NCBI GenBank assembly: GCA_000165425.1
Contig: CT868662.1
Coordinates: 186,001 to 250,000 of the forward strand
Direction: 5' to 3'
DNA length: 64,000 nucleotides
From: Paramecium tetraurelia
Lineage: Eukaryota
A program made the position numbers and the translations under genes. The notes under the pieces were generated by a model. The model saw only the letters and a program-made list of their open reading frames with translations. It did no database searches and was not told where the DNA came from. Positions 62,181 to 64,000 of the stretch are shown here, piece by piece; within the stretch, counting starts at the first letter, position 1, and each line of letters starts with the position of its first letter.

Positions 62181-64000
62181 TCAAATGGAAAGAATAATTA
62201 ATTTTTTAGAATCTATAATTATTGATATTAGTCCTTTCTTGCTTACTTACAGATCTTTGATTGAGTGGCATTCAAATTTATTTAGAGTTTCCAAATCTTC
62301 TGATGAAATGTATGCTGTTAATTACTATTAAATTTAATTGTCTTAATGGTTTGTACTCAAAATGATAAGTTTTCCATCAAAGTATTATAGTTCCTTGATA
62401 TATTTATTGTTGAATTGAATCTAATGTATTTGTTAAAAACTCTTTTATTAATATGTATATTAAACAATTGAATTGTTTATTAAAACAGATACCATGTATG
62501 AATTTTCGGATTGCTCAGAAAATCTGATTATTGAACTTGACAGATCAATGTTGATTTTGTTTATAAGTTGAGGCTTCAAGTTGATGGATATCTTATCTAA
62601 ATAATTTTACAATTAGCGAACTAATGAGTTGACAGTTACAAAAGGATCCTCTTATTCTATTTTATTTTGTTTTTATTAAATGTTGTCTATATAACTATCT
62701 CTAAAGACATTCTTTAAAATCTTTGTAACATTTTCTGTTTATTTGAACTCCACGTTTTTCTACACAACTACTTTAGTAAAAAATGTTTTTGGTGCTATTT
62801 AAATTAAATTAGTTGGATACTTATTTTTTCTTAATAGAAGCATTACAGATTTCTTAACTAAAATAAATGGTTATCCTTTAAGAAATCAAATAATTTTGAC
62901 AGATCTACTTCTATTTTATTGAGAGGAGAGTTAACATTCTCGCATTCCACTTCTTACTCATTTCCAGCCTTAATTGCGCATAAATTTAGCCAAACAAAGA
63001 AGTTTCTCAAGTGTAACTTAGTCTAATGACATTCAATTTAAAATCTGCTAAACACTTTTTAAATCTTTTAAATTGTTTCCTATAATTCTTCAAAAGGAGT
63101 TTTATGCAATCCTTAATAAAAGGGCCTAATTCAAACATAAATACTTACATGTTCTTTGATTAAATAAAGAAGTTGATGATAATTAAAATTCTAGATAACA
63201 CATTCATCAATGAGTCCTATATTATTTCTTAAATGTTATTGAAGCTGTTTGTGATATTCTAAAATAATAAGATTGTATAATTATATTACATCATCCATTT
63301 TCTACAATATTTTTGTATTGTAGAGTTCCTTCTAAAAGAATTGAACAAGTTCTTGAGGGCAATTTCCCTTTTGATAAAATTGCAAAATGTGATAATTGAT
63401 TGTTTCTTGAGGTCCAAAAGCTACCAAAGGACCTATTATGTTCAATTGATAGCATTTGAAGATGTCTTGTAATTGGGTGTTGATTAAGAGAATTGATGTT
63501 TTCAAAAAACAAAGTAATTCATTTAAGTAGCTCAATTATTAAATGTATTTCTAGATAAAATGTATGCTTTACTAAAATTTATTGATGTTTCAATAAGCCA
63601 ATATCGTAAATTTCAACAAACTATTTTGAAAAACAATGCAACTCATTTTCTAATTGGAATAATTATGTTGTGCTTGAATGTTCGATTTCTCCTAAATGTA
63701 GAATCCCATTAAAATTATAGGCAATTTACTTATTAGTTAATGAGAATATGATATTGTTTATCTATTGTTATTTTAGAAAGCAAAGATTTTGCCAATTTTT
63801 CCTAATAATTAAGTATGAAAATTACAAGTTTGTGGTCGATAATGGAATTATGGCTGCTTATAATTCCTGCTCTTTAATTATTTTTGCATTCACTTACACA
63901 AGAAGCATCTAGGTGATTTTATCTGAATTCTTGATTAGAGTGGATTGAATGATTTTTTAATGAGAAGCCAAGTGATAGAAGTATAATTTATTTCCAACAT
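62181..64000 (-). CDS. Large hypothetical protein, C-terminal part (starts beyond window end)
   Basis: Minus-strand table-6 reading frame with Gln-coding TAA/TAG, ending KKLIILSI-TGA. No family was recognised. Confidence 0.55.

Noticed and set aside
512..63535. Many short ORFs in the supplied track (for example 512-694, 811-993, 6370-6843, 14440-14631, 18411-18716, 37548-37907)
   Set aside because: They are antisense or off-frame shadows of real table-6 genes, produced by treating TAA/TAG as stops.
1..64000. Retained IESs, transposons or telomeric repeats
   Set aside because: The genes I translated are interrupted only by GT..AG introns. I saw no TAYAG-bounded insertion, transposase ORF or TT(T/G)GGG array, only isolated hexamers. 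A visual scan could miss short intergenic IESs.

Overview
AT-rich, gene-dense ciliate DNA, almost certainly Paramecium macronuclear sequence. The genes read through only if TAA and TAG encode Gln and TGA is the sole stop (translation table 6), and they carry tiny GT..AG introns of about 20-30 nt. The supplied standard-code ORF track is therefore fragmentary and often on the wrong strand. Manual re-translation gives about 37 protein-coding genes. Recognisable ones: two CNBD/EAG-type channel-family genes, a histidine acid phosphatase, a DENN protein, DAD1, a SHIPPO-repeat protein, CFAP57, oligopeptidase B, a RAD5/HLTF-like SNF2-RING helicase, a TTLL, two CTL/SLC44 transporters, an EamA/DMT transporter, a MAP kinase, a p24/TMED protein, a MORN-Ulp1 peptidase, a DeSI-thioredoxin fusion, poly(A) polymerase and MYCBP. 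The rest are coiled-coil or membrane hypothetical proteins. There is also a frameshifted BAH-PHD pseudogene and other probably decayed gene remnants. I saw no RNA genes, CRISPR arrays, transposons or telomeric arrays, and I found no coherent new multi-gene system. The most notable items are the MORN-Ulp1 fusion, a channel-like protein lacking the K+ selectivity filter, a MAPK with DLN in place of DFG, two head-to-head start codons only 13 nt apart, and a perfect 24-bp palindrome. All coordinates were derived by hand; spans include introns and some starts are uncertain.
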